This document shows, piece by piece, positions 58,748 to 62,406 of a stretch of 62,406 nt of DNA. A model generated the notes under the pieces. It was given only the letters and a program-made list of their open reading frames with translations, made no database searches and had not been told where the DNA came from. The DNA is from Promethearchaeota archaeon (GTDB lineage Archaea > Asgardarchaeota > Lokiarchaeia > Sigyniarchaeales > SOKP01). The stretch lies in contig JAEOTA010000034.1 in the NCBI GenBank assembly GCA_016840085.1, forward strand, positions 1-62,406, given 5' to 3'. The stretch's first letter is position 1, and each line of letters opens with the position of its first letter. Made by a program: the position numbers and the translations under genes.

Positions 58748-59755
58748 CTAAAGCACAGAATATTCTAATCCTTTTATTAAATCTGTTAAAATTTCATTAA
58801 TAGGTACATTTATCCCTAGTTCTTGAGCATATTTTAATATTCTCCCATTAATAAAATCAATCTCAGTAACCTTACCATTATTTATATCTTGTAACATTGA
58901 ATTTTTATTTTCTGCTGTTGATTTTGCCACATTAAAAGCTAAAGTAATATAATCTTTTTTAGAAAACTTAATTTTTTTTAATTCTGCGACTCGAATTGCC
59001 TCATTAATGGCTTTACCCATAAAATGCTTTAATCCATCAAATTCTAACAATTGCCCATTTCTTAGCCTTGTTAATGTGCCAATGGCATTGATTCCAACAT
59101 TTACAAATACTTTCTCCCAACTCGCTTTAATTATATCTTGTACAATTATAGTTTCTAAATTTGCTAAATTCAGAAGATCTTTTAATAAAACTAAATCTTT
59201 ACTTGCCTTTTCTAATTTATCAGTTTCTAAATTAAGATTATTTAAAAAAGGAAATCCAATTTTTGTTATCCCTTCGCCTGTATGGTATAGTTGACCTGGT
59301 TCTTTTAATATTGCTCCATTTGTAGTAATTGCCCTTATAATTTTTAATTTTGTACAATAATCACTTGCTATATCTTCATTACCAATTCCATTCTGTAGAA
59401 TAACCAACCATTTGCTCGAATTAATAATACTCTTATATTGAAATAATGCATCTTTGCTATCATATGCTTTTGTTGTAAGAAAAATAAAATTAAATTTCAA
59501 ATTAGGATCTTTTATCAATTTTTCTTCAAGATCTTTCTCATTTTCATATGCTTCAATGTTTTTAATTTCTTTAATAGCTTTATTTTTATGAATTATTAAC
59601 CCTTTTCTCTTTATTGCATTCGCTTGAACCTTTTTACAAAAAAAAATCACATTTAAATCGTATATATCAGATTTTATATTAGCAATATATCCACCAAAAA
59701 GGCTTCCTATCGATCCAGCCCCGATAACTCCAATCCTTATATTAGTTTTATTCAA
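58748..59755 (-). CDS. panE: ketopantoate reductase
   Basis: GAGSIG, TTKAYD, LQNGIG, WEK..VN..IN, SMLQD....TEIDFING. Confidence 0.92.
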   Translation of the reverse strand: MNKTNIRIGVIGAGSIGSLFGGYIANIKSDIYDLNVIFFCKKVQANAIKRKGLIIHKNKAIKEIKNIEAYENEKDLEEKLIKDPNLKFNFIFLTTKAYDSKDALFQYKSIINSSKWLVILQNGIGNEDIASDYCTKLKIIRAITTNGAILKEPGQLYHTGEGITKIGFPFLNNLNLETDKLEKASKDLVLLKDLLNLANLETIIVQDIIKASWEKVFVNVGINAIGTLTRLRNGQLLEFDGLKHFMGKAINEAIRVAELKKIKFSKKDYITLAFNVAKSTAENKNSMLQDINNGKVTEIDFINGRILKYAQELGINVPINEILTDLIKGLEYSVL

Positions 59756-59819
59756 ACTTTATTAGAACTCCCTTAATTTCTTATATATATTAAAAAATAA
59801 TACCCTATATATGAAAAAT

Positions 59820-60689
59820 CTATTCTAAAAATCTATCCAAACCAGTTTGACCTTTTGAATAAGTTCCTGACTTTTTCTTAATATCTAAAATATTTACCTT
59901 TTCAGGTGAATTTCTCGGCTTAATATTTAATTCTTTCATTAACATTAAAGAATTTTTAACAGCGTATCCCGAAAAATGATTGTTAAAATAAATGCCTATT
60001 TTATCTACATTTTTAATTACTTTTCTAATTTCTTGAGACCACCTTTTTATTTCTTCTTCTTTAAAAAAATAATCAAACCAAATTTCTTTGCCAAAACCAT
60101 GAAATCGAATATAAGCAAAATCAGGATTAGTTATATCCATTCTAGGTGGTAATAAAGGCTCTATAACGGCACAATATGTTAAAGATTTCTTTTTTAAATA
60201 ATTGAATATTTCCTTATCAATCCACGACTTATGTCTAAACTCGACAACCAAATTATATTTGTCACTTTGAGGATCTCCAGGCCAATTATCTATAAATTCC
60301 TTTAAATTATTGAAGTTCTCTTTCTTATTAAATGAGGGAGGTAATTGAATCAAAAAAGCTAATAGCTTTTTCGTCTTAATCAATGGTTCCATAGATTTCA
60401 AATAAAGCTCTAAATCATCTAAACATGAATTGATATCTAACTTAGACTCATGGCTAACAATTTGAGGTATTTTCGCTGAAAACAAGAAATTTTTTGGAGT
60501 TTTTTTAACCCAATTTTCTACTACCCATTTTGAAGGGATATTATAAAATGTAGTGTTAATCTCATTAGTATTGAAAATTTCTGAATAATAAAACAGAAAA
60601 TCCTCTTTTTTTAGATTTTTAGGATAAAATGGACCAACCCACTCATCATATCCCCATCCAGAAGTGCCGATTAAAACTTTGTCAACCAT
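59820..60689 (-). CDS. DUF72 (YecE) family protein
   Basis: IGTSGW.Y..W.GPFYP, EINTTFY, QLPPSF, EFRH.SW, YIRFHG, YFNNH. Confidence 0.92.
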   Translation of the reverse strand: MVDKVLIGTSGWGYDEWVGPFYPKNLKKEDFLFYYSEIFNTNEINTTFYNIPSKWVVENWVKKTPKNFLFSAKIPQIVSHESKLDINSCLDDLELYLKSMEPLIKTKKLLAFLIQLPPSFNKKENFNNLKEFIDNWPGDPQSDKYNLVVEFRHKSWIDKEIFNYLKKKSLTYCAVIEPLLPPRMDITNPDFAYIRFHGFGKEIWFDYFFKEEEIKRWSQEIRKVIKNVDKIGIYFNNHFSGYAVKNSLMLMKELNIKPRNSPEKVNILDIKKKSGTYSKGQTGLDRFLE

Positions 60690-61296
60690 ATATTACACAT
60701 TATCTTAAATTTTTTTTTAATAATTTTTTCTAATCATTGCTGCCTATTGCTAATAATTTAAGTTATTCCTATTTAATCTTTAAAATTTACCTAATTTTCT
60801 GATTTCTTTTTTAATTTTATTCTAAAAAATAATTATTAACCACTTAATTTATAAATCTCGTAATCTTTAGTTCACCATTTAAAATTTATGAATTTAGACC
60901 ATAAAATTTTTAATGTAGTATTTACTCTAATATTTCGTCGATTGTATATTTACATTCGATAATTATTGGTGAGAAAATATCTCATCCAAATGGATGATAT
61001 ACGCCTTTAATTGGCAGCGGTCTTGTGGAAGTATACCTTACGAGGAGAAACATGCGAGAAATTGATTTCTGAAACATATTTTTTATTGAATTCTCTATTA
61101 CGGCGCATGGAGTACCCTATGACTGGGATATTACAGGAAGCAATGTACCAAGCCAAGCATGAAAAATCATGCTCATAAGAACATACTCCCTACTTATTAA
61201 AGGCTTCTTGTCAATCGTCTTTAATTTTTAATTACCAATTCCGAATATGCAATCCCTTAGGTAAGCAATCTGAATCTTTCCTCAATTAGACGCCAA

Positions 61297-62406
61297 TACG
61301 CCTCCGCTATTTGGTGGATATCTTGGCTTGGGCACCGATGAAGAGCGTGACAAGCTGCGATAAGCTCGGGTTAGTCGCATGAAGACGCTGACCCCGAGAT
61401 CCTCGAATAGGACATCCGCTTGCGGCCTAATAATCCGCAAGATTCCCGATAGGGAAGGGGAACCCTGAGAAGTAAAACATTTTAGTATCAGGAGGAAAAG
61501 AAAACAATAGTGATTCCGTGAGTAACGGCGAGCGAAAGCGGAATAGATCAAACCGAATCCCTAGGGAAACCTATGGGAGATGTGGTGTGTGGGCCTTGTA
61601 CGACCTCACTAGAAAAGATGAATACTCTTGGAAAGTTGAGCCATAGAGCGTGATAGCCGCGTAATCGTAATCTAGAAGGTTGCTGCGAGTGTCCCCGAGT
61701 AGTGCGGGATGGTTTTCTCGTACGAACGTACCAGATACACGCTGGTAAATCTAAATATGTCCCAAGACCGATAGAGAAATAGTAGCGTGAGCGAAAGATG
61801 AAAAGTAACCCGGAAGGGCCGTGAAAAGTGCTTGAAACCAAATAGCTTAGTAAGGATGCAGCCTGAAAGGATAGATCCTATATGAATGAGTTCTGGTGAC
61901 GGAACATCAAAGTGTAGAGGACTAGGGTTGCATCATCAGTCTGGAATCATTGGCCAGGGAGTTTATAGTAGTGGCAAGCTTAAGTGGATCACCCACGAAG
62001 GCGTAGGGAAACCAATATTCCTGCAACCTAACTATCACATTAGGAAGATCTACTTGTTAATGAGTGGTTCTGCCATTCTGAAAACGTGTAGCGAATCCTT
62101 CTAAGGAGTTAGGCCAGAGGAATGGTCTTAAAGGGCCAAGAGTCTCTGCTATAATACCCGAAGCCGGTCGATCTATTCCTGGTCAAGATGAAGTCGTTCG
62201 AAAGGGCGATGGAGGTCTGCACCAGTGTTGATGTGCAAATCGCTTGGATGAACTGGGAATAGGAGCAAAAGGCTAATCTAGATCGGTGATAGCTGGTTCT
62301 CCCCGAAGTTGGTATCAGCCAAGTCTCAGATGAGGTCGCCAGTGGCGTAGAGCACTAATTGTGTGGTACGGGGGAGAGATCCCTCGCCTCGCTCTTAAAC
62401 TCCGAA
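61297..62406 (+). rRNA. rrl: 23S rRNA, 5' portion (start approximate, runs off the window)
   Basis: GGTGGAT...CCGATGAAG..CGTG.CAAGCTGCGATAAGC, GAAGTAAAACATTTTAGTA, AGTAACGGCGAGCGAA, GACCGATAG, GATAGCTGGTTCTCCCCGAA: conserved 23S domain I-II blocks. Confidence 0.97.

Noticed and set aside
60990-61075. C/D box sRNA or 5S rRNA upstream of 23S
   Set aside because: There is only an imperfect C-box-like ATGATA and one CTGA, and no 5S signature.
61282-62104. Three short ORFs
   Set aside because: They lie inside the 23S rRNA.

Overview
Very AT-rich archaeal window, most likely from an Asgard archaeon (Lokiarchaeia-like). This rests on a Loki-type profilin, a PAC4-like chaperone, a Get3-like ATPase, multi-intron tRNAs and an unlinked 23S rRNA. 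1-7.6 kb is accessory and decayed DNA: a truncated DDE transposase joined to a headless receiver domain, a surface-protein pseudogene, an XPB-Bax1 pair, and a structured GC-rich non-coding element with a partial second copy. 7.7-21.8 kb is a type I-B CRISPR-Cas locus. In minus-strand transcription order it reads: DUF2797-like Zn protein, cas1, cas2, cas4, beta-CASP nuclease, cas8b, separately framed cas11b, cas7, cas5, cas3, cas6. A divergent array has 13 identical 37-nt repeats. The best candidate for an undescribed system is the adaptation operon, where cas1-cas2-cas4 sits between a DUF2797-like metal-binding protein and an intact beta-CASP nuclease. 22-36 kb is a patchy defence and mobile-debris island (DUF4238, small GIY-YIG, PD-(D/E)XK nuclease, NusA-like KH, HD dNTPase with a YwgA/Panacea-like partner). 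36-62.4 kb is housekeeping: pyrH, tRNA-Leu with 3 introns, profilin, TFB, Rpo12, FtsZ, Dim2/Rio1/NMD3/aIF2b, RPA32-like, initiator tRNA with 2 introns, S2P, NcsA, Get3, aRF1, pantothenate genes and the 5' part of 23S rRNA. All family calls come from motif recognition by eye, not database searches.
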